Source: Deltaproteobacteria bacterium (GTDB lineage Bacteria > Myxococcota > Kuafuiibacteriia > Kuafuiibacteriales > Kuafuiibacteriaceae). From it: DNA of 64,000 nucleotides. Where the stretch lies: contig JADJPE010000005.1 in the NCBI GenBank assembly GCA_016713425.1, positions 992,111 through 1,056,110 of the forward strand. Direction: 5' to 3'. Both the position numbers and the translations under genes were made by a program. How positions within the stretch are numbered: the stretch's first letter is position 1; every line of letters starts with the position of its first letter. The notes beneath the pieces are model-generated. The model did no database searches and had not been told where the DNA came from. It saw nothing but the letters and a program-made list of their open reading frames with translations. Below, piece after piece: positions 44,345-54,044 of the stretch.

Positions 44345-45427
44345 ATGAACGGCTCCCTCGCGATCATCGTTTTTGCAGTCTCGGTGACCAACGTGGCCGC
44401 GACGGGTTTCGTCGGCTACCGACTGAGACATATGGCGCCTCCAGCGACCAATTCTCATTACGCACCTGACACCAAAGACGACAAAAGTGCGACTGCCGAA
44501 ATGTCTGACGCTGGGCTTGATCGTGGCCAGTGGAACAGCGCCCAGGCGGAGACCAGCGTCCCTCGAGCCTCGAACGCCGAGGGCGCCGAGGGCACCGAGA
44601 TCGACGGGTCCACAGCAAGCGCGGAAGGCGATTGGGCACACGACGACCTCGATCTTGCCGAAGAACGCCTCGCGCTCTTCGAGATCGCGCGTGAGCACGA
44701 AGCACGCGTCGAGGACCTCATCAAACGAACACAGAGCTCGACGTCGGAATCCGAGCCAGCCGTTCGCGCCAAGGCTCGGGCCGCGCGTATCGCAAGTTCC
44801 GCGAGCGCTGATCCTGCCGGTCGGGCCGCGTCTTCGGCTCACCTCACCCCGCCCAACGCGGCAAATGTGCCGGACCTCGACCATCTCACAGTGGCCAACA
44901 ACGAAGAAGACGATTGGGACCCGCTCGCGAAGGCGGATCTGTCGGGTTCAGCACGCAACGAGGCGGAGGCTCCCGAAGCCAGCGACACGACGGACAGCGA
45001 GCCGCGCGACAAGAACGTGACGTCGCCCCTCGCCATGGGCTCGATTCGGACGCGTGGTGTCGGCAACGTTTCTTCCGGCCGCAAGCGTGAGACCTCCGTG
45101 CGCGCGCCTTCGGTTGCGAACGTGCCCGCCGCAGATGGGGATGTGTCCCGCAAGCAGCTCCTGAGATTGATCAAGGGCCACATCCCATCTTTCCGCGATT
45201 GTTACGAGCGCATTCTGAAAGAGCACGAGGGACTCGAAGGCAAGATGCGGCTTACGATCGACGTCATGCCCTCCGGACGCGGGAGTCCCGTGCGCATCGA
45301 GTCGGACTCCGTGGGCAACAAGGACCTCCGCGCCTGCATCGTGCGAAGATCGACGCACTGGCGCTTCCCTAAGCCCTTCCGGCCGGTCTCACTCGCGTTC
45401 TCCGTCGTCTTCACGCCCACGCTGTAA
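44345..45427 (+). CDS. AgmX/PglI C-terminal domain-containing membrane-anchored protein
   Basis: An N-terminal TM anchor is followed by a long acidic low-complexity region. The C-terminal roughly 90 aa (RKQLLRLIKGHIPSFRDCYERIL...MRLTIDVMPSGRGSPVRIESDS..LRACIVRRSTHWRFPKP..VSLAFSVVF) match the AgmX/PglI C-terminal family. Confidence 0.65.
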   Translation: MNGSLAIIVFAVSVTNVAATGFVGYRLRHMAPPATNSHYAPDTKDDKSATAEMSDAGLDRGQWNSAQAETSVPRASNAEGAEGTEIDGSTASAEGDWAHDDLDLAEERLALFEIAREHEARVEDLIKRTQSSTSESEPAVRAKARAARIASSASADPAGRAASSAHLTPPNAANVPDLDHLTVANNEEDDWDPLAKADLSGSARNEAEAPEASDTTDSEPRDKNVTSPLAMGSIRTRGVGNVSSGRKRETSVRAPSVANVPAADGDVSRKQLLRLIKGHIPSFRDCYERILKEHEGLEGKMRLTIDVMPSGRGSPVRIESDSVGNKDLRACIVRRSTHWRFPKPFRPVSLAFSVVFTPTL

Positions 45428-45469
45428 CCGGAGCCGCGGCCACGGCGACCGGAGCCCCACGACCGTCGA

Positions 45470-45967
45470 CTACCACGTAGGATGACTCACGAAGGCAGCG
45501 CCGTTGTCTTGCTTCTCGAGGATACGCCCATCACAAAAGACCGTCGTCTCGCGCCCGCTGGGGCCCCGTGCACGAACAAAGACGGAACGGCGCAGCGCGA
45601 GCTTCGCGAGGATGACTCGATCCCGCTCGAGAGACGCGCGGACGCCACATCGGCCGCTGAACTCCCGTGCGATGCGTTCCGCAAGCCAACCGAAACGCGG
45701 GGAGTCTTCCTCGCGTTCAGCCAAAGTGGCCGGACCGGCACCGGCCGCGGTCATTCGGAATGCACCGAACCCGCGATCGCTTGGAGAACGAGGCTCCGCA
45801 GCAACGACGATCGTCGTCGACGCATCGCCGGCCAATGCCGCACGAAGGCCTTCGCACGCAAACGCGCCGCCAACACCCGCGGCGAACCCCAGCCCAGCGA
45901 TCGCGCTCATCGTCCTGATCGTCCTCATCGTCACGCGCCCAGTCACCGGCATGACCACTCCGCTCAC
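45470..45967 (-). CDS. Hypothetical protein (weak call)
   Basis: It is the only ORF in the 45428-46135 gap with partly protein-like composition. It is Ala/Gly/Arg-rich and has no motif I recognise. Confidence 0.3.
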   Translation of the reverse strand: MSGVVMPVTGRVTMRTIRTMSAIAGLGFAAGVGGAFACEGLRAALAGDASTTIVVAAEPRSPSDRGFGAFRMTAAGAGPATLAEREEDSPRFGWLAERIAREFSGRCGVRASLERDRVILAKLALRRSVFVRARGPSGRETTVFCDGRILEKQDNGAAFVSHPTW

Positions 45968-46135
45968 AGCCGATATTTACGACGCTCGGGGCCAAATCTT
46001 CTCGCGAAATCGGCCAGAATCTTCGTCAATCCATTGCTCGTCGGTCTCGGCACAAGAAATTTGCGTCGATCGACCCAATTTCTGCCGCGGACACGAACGC
46101 GGGCTGGCCCGACCGCGCGCACGGGGCTTCAAAGC

Positions 46136-46912
46136 TCAAGGCCGCCGGTTGATGTGGTTGCGAACCCATTCGACCACCTCGACGACCGAAAAAGGCTTCG
46201 CAAACACCGCCTGGGCGCCCGCCATCAGCATCGACTGGCGTGTCGCCTTGTGGGCCGCGACACCGGAGATCACGGCTACCGGAAGCCCCGGCTGACGCGC
46301 CTGCGCATCGCGCAGCAGCACCTCGCCGGACATCTTGGGAAGCATCCAGTCGAGGAGAATCGCACCCACGCGGCGGCGGTGCAAAATCGCCGAAGCGCCT
46401 TCGACGTCTCGCGACAGCACACACTCGAAGCCACTTCGAGATAGAGCGACCTGCAGCATCAGCGCAATCGAGGGGTCGTCCTCGACGATCAACACAACCG
46501 GTGCATCCTGGTCTTTGGTCTTTGGGCGGGGGCCAAGATCACGTGACGCGAGATCGTCCGTCACCTCGGCCGTCGAGCCACGGGCCCAGGCGTGAATAAT
46601 GGGCAAGAAATCTGGGTCTTCGATCTCGAAGCCAACACCTTCGGCGCTCGAGTAGACGACGCTCGCCTCCGTGGTCAGCGCCTGCTTACTCGACTTCGGC
46701 TCGAAGACCAGATGGACCTGCTCACGAAACGACAAGACCCACGGCGCCGACCAATGCACCCACATCCCGGATTCGACGAAGCCGTGGATGTCCGCCTCCC
46801 ATGCGCCGTCGTCGGCACGAAGCACGAGCACTCGGGACGGAATCTCGACGCTCGACACTTCGACATTGTGCGCGCTCCGCCGTGACATTCCAAGGGCCAC
46901 CGCACGGTGCAC
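46136..46912 (-). CDS. Response regulator: PilZ-like N-domain plus C-terminal receiver (REC) domain
   Basis: The C-terminal half VVLIVEDDPSIALMLQVALSRSGFECV...ILLDWMLPKMSGEVLLRDA...PVAVISG is a CheY-like receiver with the phospho-acceptor Asp in LLDW. The N-terminal half is beta-rich and PilZ-like. Confidence 0.7.
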   Translation of the reverse strand: MHRAVALGMSRRSAHNVEVSSVEIPSRVLVLRADDGAWEADIHGFVESGMWVHWSAPWVLSFREQVHLVFEPKSSKQALTTEASVVYSSAEGVGFEIEDPDFLPIIHAWARGSTAEVTDDLASRDLGPRPKTKDQDAPVVLIVEDDPSIALMLQVALSRSGFECVLSRDVEGASAILHRRRVGAILLDWMLPKMSGEVLLRDAQARQPGLPVAVISGVAAHKATRQSMLMAGAQAVFAKPFSVVEVVEWVRNHINRRP

Positions 46913-47007
46913 AACCGAGACGATGAAGTCCTGTTCAGGGACTCCGTCCAGGAACTCGTGCCCAGAAAGGGGTGCCCAGAAGGGCGCGCGCAGGAGGACC
47001 AGACGGC

Positions 47008-48513
47008 TCAGAATCGGTGGGTGTACGAGAACAGATCGGGTCGGCGATCAGCGCGTGGACGCACCGATCCGGCGTTGATCGCCTCCTGGAGCGCATCGAA
47101 GTCGAGATCGGTGGTGATCACGGTCTCAGTATTCGGGCTTGCCTCCACGAGAATCCCGTCCCGCGCGAAGGCGAAGTCCGAGGGCGAGAAGACCGCCGAC
47201 TGTGCGTACTGAATGTCCATGTTTTCGGCGTCAGGGAGGTTCCCTACCGTCCCCGCGCTCACGACATACATTTGGTTCTCGACGGCGCGCGCCTGAGCAC
47301 AATACCGCACCCGCAAGTAGGCTTGCCGGTCGTCGGTGCAAAACGGGTTGAAGATGACGTCGACGCCCTGGTCGGCCAGATACCGAGCGGTCTCCGGGAA
47401 CTCGACATCGTAGCAGATCAGAATCCCCACCCGCGCCTTGGGCGTTTGGATCACGTTGAGCGAATCGCCGCCATCGATGCCCCACCACCGCTTCTCATTC
47501 GGTGTAATGTGAAGCTTCGCCTGCCGGTGCTTGCTGCCATCCGGAAGATATAGGGTGCAGACATTGTGGATCAACGATCCCACCTTGGTCGGATGCGAAC
47601 CGTTGATGATGGTCGTCTGAAAGTCGCGAGCCAAGCTCTCGAAAAGCGCATCGACCTCCGCGGAGTATTCGGTGAGGCGCAAGATCGCCTCCTGCGGCGT
47701 CTTCACATCGATGAACGAAATGAGTTGTGCCGTGAGAAGCTCTGGAAAGAGAACAAAGTCCGCGCCGTAGCCCGATGCGACATCGGTGAAGTAGCGAACC
47801 TGCCGACCGAAATCGGCGAACGTCTCGATCTTGCGCATTCGATACTGTACGCATGACACTCGAACGCTCCGCTGCCGCTTGATGCGTGATCGGTAGCGCG
47901 GATTCAGCCATTCCATCAACGTCGCGCAATCATCGCTCAAGGGGTCCCTCACATAGTGGTGCAAGATCTTTCGATATAGAAACCCGTTCCTGAGCTGAAG
48001 ATTCATCACTGCATCGGCTCGATCTCCGAGCTCGACACGCCGGGCGTACTCCTCGGGCGTCATATCCCTCGCGCAAGCCCCGTACTCGGAGAGGCGACCC
48101 CCGACGACGATGCGCCGGAGGTTGAGCCTCTCGCAAAGCGCCTTCCGCGCGTCGTACAGGCGGCCGGCGAGTCCGTGACGGCGATGCCTTGGATGCACGT
48201 TGATGTCGACGCCGTAGAGCGTATCGCCGAAGGGATCGTGATTATACAGGGTGCCGCCATCGGTCATGCCGGACCACGTGTGGTCGCGATACGGGTCGCG
48301 GCCGAGCGATGCAATCAAAGATGTGGCCGAGGCCACGACTTCACCGTCGATCGTGGCGACGAACTGCCCCTCCCCAAAGACACGAAGATGCGACTCGACG
48401 AGCCTGACGTTCCAAAGAGCATCCGCCTCGGCCGGATCCGGATAGCAGAGCGCATTGAGCGCCACGATGGCCTCGACGTCATCTAGGGTCGCAACGCGGA
48501 TCTCATAATCCAT
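47008..48513 (-). CDS. Bifunctional GNAT family N-acetyltransferase / carbon-nitrogen hydrolase (nitrilase superfamily) protein
   Basis: The N-terminal GNAT is marked by RHGLAGRLY. The C-terminal CN-hydrolase shows the E-K-C triad context ([22 protein letters not shown]). It is paralogous to the divergent neighbour. Confidence 0.85.
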   Translation of the reverse strand: MDYEIRVATLDDVEAIVALNALCYPDPAEADALWNVRLVESHLRVFGEGQFVATIDGEVVASATSLIASLGRDPYRDHTWSGMTDGGTLYNHDPFGDTLYGVDINVHPRHRRHGLAGRLYDARKALCERLNLRRIVVGGRLSEYGACARDMTPEEYARRVELGDRADAVMNLQLRNGFLYRKILHHYVRDPLSDDCATLMEWLNPRYRSRIKRQRSVRVSCVQYRMRKIETFADFGRQVRYFTDVASGYGADFVLFPELLTAQLISFIDVKTPQEAILRLTEYSAEVDALFESLARDFQTTIINGSHPTKVGSLIHNVCTLYLPDGSKHRQAKLHITPNEKRWWGIDGGDSLNVIQTPKARVGILICYDVEFPETARYLADQGVDVIFNPFCTDDRQAYLRVRYCAQARAVENQMYVVSAGTVGNLPDAENMDIQYAQSAVFSPSDFAFARDGILVEASPNTETVITTDLDFDALQEAINAGSVRPRADRRPDLFSYTHRF

Positions 48514-48629
48514 GGCCCGAGACTATACACGCTCCGCGGACGAACCATAACGCCGGATTGACGGGCCTTCGAGTCTTCAGCTCGACGCAAATTGACACGT
48601 CTTCGAGCATGGGCGACAGATGCCTGAGC

Positions 48630-50195
48630 ATGAAGCAGCTCAACCTCGAGGAGTTTGAACGCCGGGTCCGCTTGCGCCCGCTCGTCATCGACGATTTCGC
48701 TCAGCTCGTCGAGCTTCAACGTCTCTGCTTCCCGGGCATGATCCCTTGGATTCGCGGCCAGATCGAAAGCCAGCTCTCACACTTCCCGGAAGGGCAGCTT
48801 TGCATCGAATACGAGGATCGGCTGGTCGCGAGCTGCGCCACGCTGATCGTGGATTCGAGCGACGACCTCGATTGGCACAACTGGAGCGCGGTCTCCGACG
48901 CAGGGTTCATTCGAAACCACGATCCCGAGGGCGATGTGCTGTACGGGATCGAGATCATGGTGCATCCCGAGTATCGCGGCATGCGGCTCGCACGCCGGCT
49001 CTATAACGCCCGAAAAGACCTCGCGCGACGGTACAACTGTCGGAGCATCATCATCGGCGGCCGCATCCCCGGTTACGGGCAACACGCCGACCTTCTCAGC
49101 GTGAGCGAATACGTGGAGCACGTGATCGATAAGAAGCTCTTCGACCCCGTGCTCACGGCCCAGCTCGCGAACGGCTTTGTGCTCAAGCGACTCATCCCCG
49201 AGTACTTTCCGGACGACACCGAGTCGCGGGGCTACGCGACGTTCCTCGAGTGGACGAACCTCGATCACGTGCCCGAATCGAGGCGTCGCGTCACGCGCAC
49301 CATCGAGCCCGTTCGCCTAGGCGTGGTGCAGTATGGGATGCACCCCGTCGCAGCGTTTGAGAACCTTGCCCGGCAAGTGGAGTTCTTTGTCGATGCAGCC
49401 GGCGATCAGAAGGCCGACTACCTCCTCTTCCCCGAGCTCTTCACGACCCAGCTCATCTCAGCGACCAACGCCAAGCGCGCGTCCGACCAGGCGCGTGAGC
49501 TCTCGAACTACACGCCCGAGTACCTCGATCTTTTTGCCGATCTGGCGGTCCGATACGATCTCAACATCGTCGGGGGCTCCACGATCGTGCAGGAGGGCGA
49601 CTCGCTTTATAACGTCGCCTACCTTTTTCGGCGCGATGGAACACTCGAGAAGCAGTACAAGATCCACATCACGCCGGAGGAGCGACGGTGGTGGGGCCTT
49701 CACGGAGGCGATCAGATGCATGTCTTCGACAGCGACCACGGGAAGGTCGCCATCTTGGTCGGCTACGACGTCGAATTCCCCGAGCTCGTGCGCATCGCCA
49801 TCAACAAGGGCGCGCGCATCCTGTTTGTCCCTTTCAATGCGCCAGACCGAAGCGGCTACCTTCGCGTGCGTTATTGTGCGCAGGCTCGCTGCATCGAGAA
49901 TCATGTGTACGTGGCGACGGCAGGCGTGGTTGGCAATCTGCCGTTTGTGCAATACGCCGACGTTCACTATGCGGAGTCCGGGATCTTCACGCCTTGCGAT
50001 GTGTCCTTCGCCCGCGACGGCATCGCCGCCGAATGCACGCCCAACATCGAGATGGTCTTGGTGCAGGATCTCGATCTTGAGCTTCTTCGTCGCCACCGGC
50101 AAACGGGCTCTGAGCTCAACTGGAACGATCGGCGAAGAGACCTCTACTCTGTCAACTACCGAGACGGCAAAGACGGCCGGCTCATCGAAGTCTGA
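48630..50195 (+). CDS. Bifunctional GNAT / carbon-nitrogen hydrolase protein, a paralog of 47008-48513
   Basis: It has the same architecture and motifs ([10 protein letters not shown]; [23 protein letters not shown]). I chose the ATG at 48630 by alignment with the paralog N-terminus. The ATG at 48609 is an alternative start. Confidence 0.85.
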   Translation: MKQLNLEEFERRVRLRPLVIDDFAQLVELQRLCFPGMIPWIRGQIESQLSHFPEGQLCIEYEDRLVASCATLIVDSSDDLDWHNWSAVSDAGFIRNHDPEGDVLYGIEIMVHPEYRGMRLARRLYNARKDLARRYNCRSIIIGGRIPGYGQHADLLSVSEYVEHVIDKKLFDPVLTAQLANGFVLKRLIPEYFPDDTESRGYATFLEWTNLDHVPESRRRVTRTIEPVRLGVVQYGMHPVAAFENLARQVEFFVDAAGDQKADYLLFPELFTTQLISATNAKRASDQARELSNYTPEYLDLFADLAVRYDLNIVGGSTIVQEGDSLYNVAYLFRRDGTLEKQYKIHITPEERRWWGLHGGDQMHVFDSDHGKVAILVGYDVEFPELVRIAINKGARILFVPFNAPDRSGYLRVRYCAQARCIENHVYVATAGVVGNLPFVQYADVHYAESGIFTPCDVSFARDGIAAECTPNIEMVLVQDLDLELLRRHRQTGSELNWNDRRRDLYSVNYRDGKDGRLIEV

Positions 50196-50227
50196 CCCCA
50201 AGCCGCAGCAAACCGAGAGCCTGACGG

Positions 50228-51196
50228 ATGAAGCTGAATCGTGATTTTGTCCCCCCGAGAAATGTTCTCGAAGCTAGAAAGAGGATGATGACCGCGGTCC
50301 GTGCGTTCTTCGATTCGCGCGGCTTCCTCGAGGTCGAAACACCGATCGCCGTCGTCTCACCGGGGCTCGAGCCTCACCTCATAGCCTTCGAGACCATCGA
50401 GCAGGGCCCGGACCACGCCAAGACGACGCTGTATCTGCACACATCACCCGAATACGCCATGAAGCGCATGATCGGTCGCGGTCTCGGCTCGATCTACCAG
50501 ATCGCGCGCGTGTTTCGAAACGACGAGCGGTCGAACACCCACGCTCCGGAGTTCACGATGCTCGAATGGTACAGGGCACCGGGGAAGATCGCGGACATCG
50601 CGGCCGACACCTTCGCACTCATCGAGTCGATTGCTACCGCCGTCGAGGGCCCCTGGCGCCCCAAGGGTCGAATCCACAAGTCCATGTCCGAAGCGTTCAA
50701 AGGTGCTGGCCTCGTCGATCCGCTCGATCATCCCGAGCGCGACGCACTTCGCCGCGCACTAGGCAACCTCGGCGCCCACGACGATACATGGGAGGATCTC
50801 TTCTTCCGCGCCTTCTTCGAACATGTCGAACCAACCCTCTCGCCCGACCACATCACGCTCTTGGATGGCTATCCCGCGAGCATGGCAGCGCTCGCCGAAA
50901 TCGATCCCGCCGACCCACGATGCGCGCTTCGGTTCGAGGCGTACGTCGGAAACCTCGAGCTCGGAAACGCATTTCAGGAGCTGAGAGACGCGGAAGAGCA
51001 ACGACGTCGATTCGAGGGCGACCTTGCGGAGCGCGCCGCGCGGGGTCGACCGCAGTACCCAATCGATGAAGGTCTGCTCGCCGACCTCGAACAGATGCCG
51101 GTCACATCCGGCATCGCCCTCGGTCTCGATCGCCTCCTGATGTGCTGCCTCGGCCTGCCATGTATCCAGGACGTCATTCCGTTCTCGCCGCGTTAG
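50228..51196 (+). CDS. epmA: Elongation factor P--(R)-beta-lysine ligase (EpmA/GenX/PoxA-like, truncated class II LysRS paralog)
   Basis: FFDSRGFLEVETP, YLHTSPEYAMKRM, and ARVFRNDERSNTHAPEFTMLEWY match class II aaRS motif 2. The C-terminal GIALGLDRL matches motif 3. Confidence 0.8.
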   Translation: MKLNRDFVPPRNVLEARKRMMTAVRAFFDSRGFLEVETPIAVVSPGLEPHLIAFETIEQGPDHAKTTLYLHTSPEYAMKRMIGRGLGSIYQIARVFRNDERSNTHAPEFTMLEWYRAPGKIADIAADTFALIESIATAVEGPWRPKGRIHKSMSEAFKGAGLVDPLDHPERDALRRALGNLGAHDDTWEDLFFRAFFEHVEPTLSPDHITLLDGYPASMAALAEIDPADPRCALRFEAYVGNLELGNAFQELRDAEEQRRRFEGDLAERAARGRPQYPIDEGLLADLEQMPVTSGIALGLDRLLMCCLGLPCIQDVIPFSPR

Positions 51197-51752
51197 CCTC
51201 GGTCGGGTCCGGTGACCACTTGCCCTGCGGTCCGCGGTTCTGTGTCTCGATCGGCGCCTCGAGGCCAAGCATCTGGCCCAAGGCTTCGACCGCCTTTCGA
51301 AAATCAGCGGCGAAATGTCGATGGAGAAGGCCGTGAACGGGCCGAAACAGGAACCCGGGCTCGTAGCCGACCTGCCAAACGAGGCGCGTGCCCGTCAGCC
51401 ACTCGAGTCGCCTGAAACTCGGAAACCACTCGGACTCTCGATCGCCGTCGGCGATCGTGTCGAAGACGACCTCGGGAGGCGCCGAGAACAGGGCCACATT
51501 GCGAAAACCGAAACGCGAGGACTCCGCGAAGCCGGGCGGGCAACGTTCAAGACGAAAAAGAGGCCTGCGAGCAAACACGCATTGCCCCGACCGATCAGAC
51601 GAAGAGTCCATGCTTGCTCTACTTTCCAACCCAGGTGTGCCAAACCACCCGCTTCGCCGGGAGGTTGCGGCTCGCGCGCATGCGGAGCGCAGAGAATCGA
51701 CGGGTCTTCTTGAAACCTGCACCCTCTTCCGGCTCGTCGAGCCCGAACCCAA
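51174..51752 (-). CDS. SRPBCC (START/Bet v1-like) domain, probably the downstream frame of a frameshifted lipoprotein gene
   Basis: The SRPBCC-type segment is FSAPPEVVFDTIADGDRESEWFP...LVWQVGYEPGFLFRPVHGLL. The upstream part of this frame is Arg/Ser-rich junk. Confidence 0.45.
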   Translation of the reverse strand: MGSGSTSRKRVQVSRRPVDSLRSACARAATSRRSGWFGTPGLESRASMDSSSDRSGQCVFARRPLFRLERCPPGFAESSRFGFRNVALFSAPPEVVFDTIADGDRESEWFPSFRRLEWLTGTRLVWQVGYEPGFLFRPVHGLLHRHFAADFRKAVEALGQMLGLEAPIETQNRGPQGKWSPDPTEANAARTE

Positions 51753-52110
51753 CCGACGCCCCGATCGAGTTTGGAATCAGCGAGAACTTCGTGCCCTCGA
51801 CCGTCGAAATCTCGACATCCACCGAAACCTCAGTGCCATCGGCCAACAACAACGGTCCGCCCGGCTTGCGCCAATCTTTCACACCCTCGAGCTCCATCAA
51901 CACCTTCTGGCCGACCCCACGCACCTCGAGCGGCTCTGCGAAAGAGAGCTCGACCCACGTCGGTGACAACGAAAGCGTCTCTGCGAGGACTCGATCTCGC
52001 CCACTCCAAAACAAGTCACACCCTCCTACGGCCGAAAGGAAGCCGAGCTCGAGCGCCAGACACGCCAGGAACCGAAGGCTCGGCCTCTGTCTCTGTGAAC
52101 GGCAACTCAT
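51619..52110 (-). CDS. Putative lipoprotein N-terminal portion, the upstream frame of the same gene as 51174-51752
   Basis: Its start lies 3 nt after the stop of the upstream gene (52113). The signal is MSCRSQRQRPSLRFLACLALELGFLSAVGGC. The frame ends at 51619 inside the SRPBCC ORF. Confidence 0.4.
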   Translation of the reverse strand: MSCRSQRQRPSLRFLACLALELGFLSAVGGCDLFWSGRDRVLAETLSLSPTWVELSFAEPLEVRGVGQKVLMELEGVKDWRKPGGPLLLADGTEVSVDVEISTVEGTKFSLIPNSIGASVGFGLDEPEEGAGFKKTRRFSALRMRASRNLPAKRVVWHTWVGK

Positions 52111-52112
52111 GT

Positions 52113-52814
52113 CTACAAGCTCTCCTCGATCTTGGAGCGGAGCACATCGCGACCGAAACAACCCAAGTCACCACGCTCAGGCTGACAGACAATCTCAAGG
52201 CGACCGTCGATCGTTCCAACCGCAGGCTCCGGGCCATGCCGAAGACGTGCCGCCTTGAGACTCGCAAGCGACGCGCGTCCGAGGTCGTCTCGACCAACCT
52301 GCTCCAAGGCTTCGTGGAGTGCCACGAGTTGCCTCTCGAGCACGCGAAGGGGCTCGCCCGACGTCACGAAGCCCGGCCAGTCGATCTCGATCGCCAATGG
52401 GCCTTTGTCACTGAGCGCGCCCCGCCGACGCTCCACCGCCAACCGCGTGGGCGGCGGCGAGCCGTCCGGCGGCGGGATGAGCGGCCCCGCCACGCGCCCC
52501 GAAGACAGGTCGGCGGCGAATCGATGGGCATCGTGGATCGTCACCGCTTCCAGCATCGCGGGATCGAGATAGCAAACATCGAGCGAGGTGGCGGAACTGC
52601 TCGACAACAAGCGGACCGCGACCGCCCAGCCTTCGCGCTCCTCTTGAAGTGCGAGCAGCTCTCCGACAATCGAACGCCCGCTCCGAAAACAGAATGTCGC
52701 GATAGGCTTCGGTGAACGCCCGTCCTTCGTGCGCGCACGAAGCGTCGCGAGGTCACGGAGAACCGTGGCTACGCGACGCGCCGGCATCGCCTCAATCGTC
52801 TCTTCTGGCCCCAT
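52113..52814 (-). CDS. Hypothetical protein (233 aa)
   Basis: A moderate GAGG RBS is present. It is co-directional and nearly contiguous with its flanking genes. I recognise no motif. Confidence 0.45.
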   Translation of the reverse strand: MGPEETIEAMPARRVATVLRDLATLRARTKDGRSPKPIATFCFRSGRSIVGELLALQEEREGWAVAVRLLSSSSATSLDVCYLDPAMLEAVTIHDAHRFAADLSSGRVAGPLIPPPDGSPPPTRLAVERRRGALSDKGPLAIEIDWPGFVTSGEPLRVLERQLVALHEALEQVGRDDLGRASLASLKAARLRHGPEPAVGTIDGRLEIVCQPERGDLGCFGRDVLRSKIEESL

Positions 52815-52831
52815 CGATCATCGACCTCGGC

Positions 52832-53242
52832 CTAAAGATGAGCTTCGAGATAGGTCGTGAGGGCCTTGATGCGCTCATCCAACTGATGCACGTTCGTACC
52901 TGGCTCGTGATCGAGCGTGAGGACTCCGGCCGTCAGCGTGGCCATCCCTTCGCCGTAGTAGTGACCTTTCCGATTCGTGATGACGATCTTCTGGACGCTG
53001 GCCTTCAGTGCCTCTTTGCCCATGTCGTCCGCGCTGATCGACTTGAGTGCCGCAATGAGAGGTCGGAAATACGTCTTGGTCCAAAACTCCTCATAGTTGT
53101 GGGCGTGCCCTTCCAGGCAAAGTGGCTCCCATTCGACCTCGATCGGAATATCGAAGCTTGCCGCCTCCACAACTTCCTTCTTCAGCTTTGGAAAGACTTC
53201 GTCTTCGAAGCTCTTCTGCGCTCGACGTTCAGCAAGACCCAT
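52832..53242 (-). CDS. Hypothetical protein (136 aa)
   Basis: An ATG at 53242 has a strong AAAGGAGGAG RBS 7 nt upstream. Composition is balanced (MGLAERRAQKSFEDEVFPKLKKEVVEAASFDIPIEVEWEPL...). Confidence 0.6.
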   Translation of the reverse strand: MGLAERRAQKSFEDEVFPKLKKEVVEAASFDIPIEVEWEPLCLEGHAHNYEEFWTKTYFRPLIAALKSISADDMGKEALKASVQKIVITNRKGHYYGEGMATLTAGVLTLDHEPGTNVHQLDERIKALTTYLEAHL

Positions 53243-53544
53243 CGTTGTTCTCCTCCTTTGATCGGGGCGACCGTGCCCCACCCAGCGCGAGAGCATAGGG
53301 AGCGGTCTTCCGTAAAGCAACCGAGCGAGGCGTAGGCACTTGGGTCGCGCTCATGACGAGCGTCACGCCACGAAGTCTAGGCGCGTCCACGGGTAGCCCG
53401 ACCAAGCGCTCAGAAGCGAGAACAGTCACACGGAGCCCGAATACTTGCGAGCGAATGCGTCCTCACGCAAGATGCGCCGCAGCTGCATTTCGCCAGCCGA
53501 TCGAATTTTGGGAGATGAGAGAAGACCACCGGGAGACAAAAACT

Positions 53545-54042
53545 ATGCTGAAGGACCTAACCACCATCACCTTGATTGCCGTAGCGCCCCTGTTGCTTGT
53601 GCGGAGTGCCGAGGCATCGCCAGAACTCAAACCATTCCAAGAAGAGGCCAAGGCCGATTTCGATGAGGCGATGGCGGAGCCTCTCAAGGCTGCAAACGAG
53701 GCGTGTGGCTTGAAGCTTACGGTGACGTCCGAGTACGAGAAGTTCGACGCCAAAGAGTGGAGCGGGAGGGCGCACTACTCCTGGTGCGTCCCGGTTCTAG
53801 AGCAGATCAAGTCACTCTGCGAAAAGCGTCCCGCGTACAAGAAGGTCTTGGTCAAGAAGCTCAAGAGCGTTTCTTGTGTATTCTCCGGCGTGAAACCAGC
53901 GGAGAAGAAGGATGGTTCGAGCGACTTCACGATCCGCAACATGGAGTTCAAGGGCAGCGCATTCGTCTTCCACATGGCGACCAACCAGGCCAACGTCGGC
54001 GACAGCGCTAAGACCGTGCTCGAGAAGGCGCTCAACGAATAG
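53545..54042 (+). CDS. Small secreted protein, first of three consecutive secreted proteins
   Basis: An ATG at 53545 follows a GGGAGA RBS. The signal is MLKDLTTITLIAVAPLLLVRSAEA. The mature protein has conserved Cys spacing (C-G-x-K-L, W-C, S-L-C, S-C) related to the next gene. Confidence 0.55.
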   Translation: MLKDLTTITLIAVAPLLLVRSAEASPELKPFQEEAKADFDEAMAEPLKAANEACGLKLTVTSEYEKFDAKEWSGRAHYSWCVPVLEQIKSLCEKRPAYKKVLVKKLKSVSCVFSGVKPAEKKDGSSDFTIRNMEFKGSAFVFHMATNQANVGDSAKTVLEKALNE

Positions 54043-54044
54043 CT

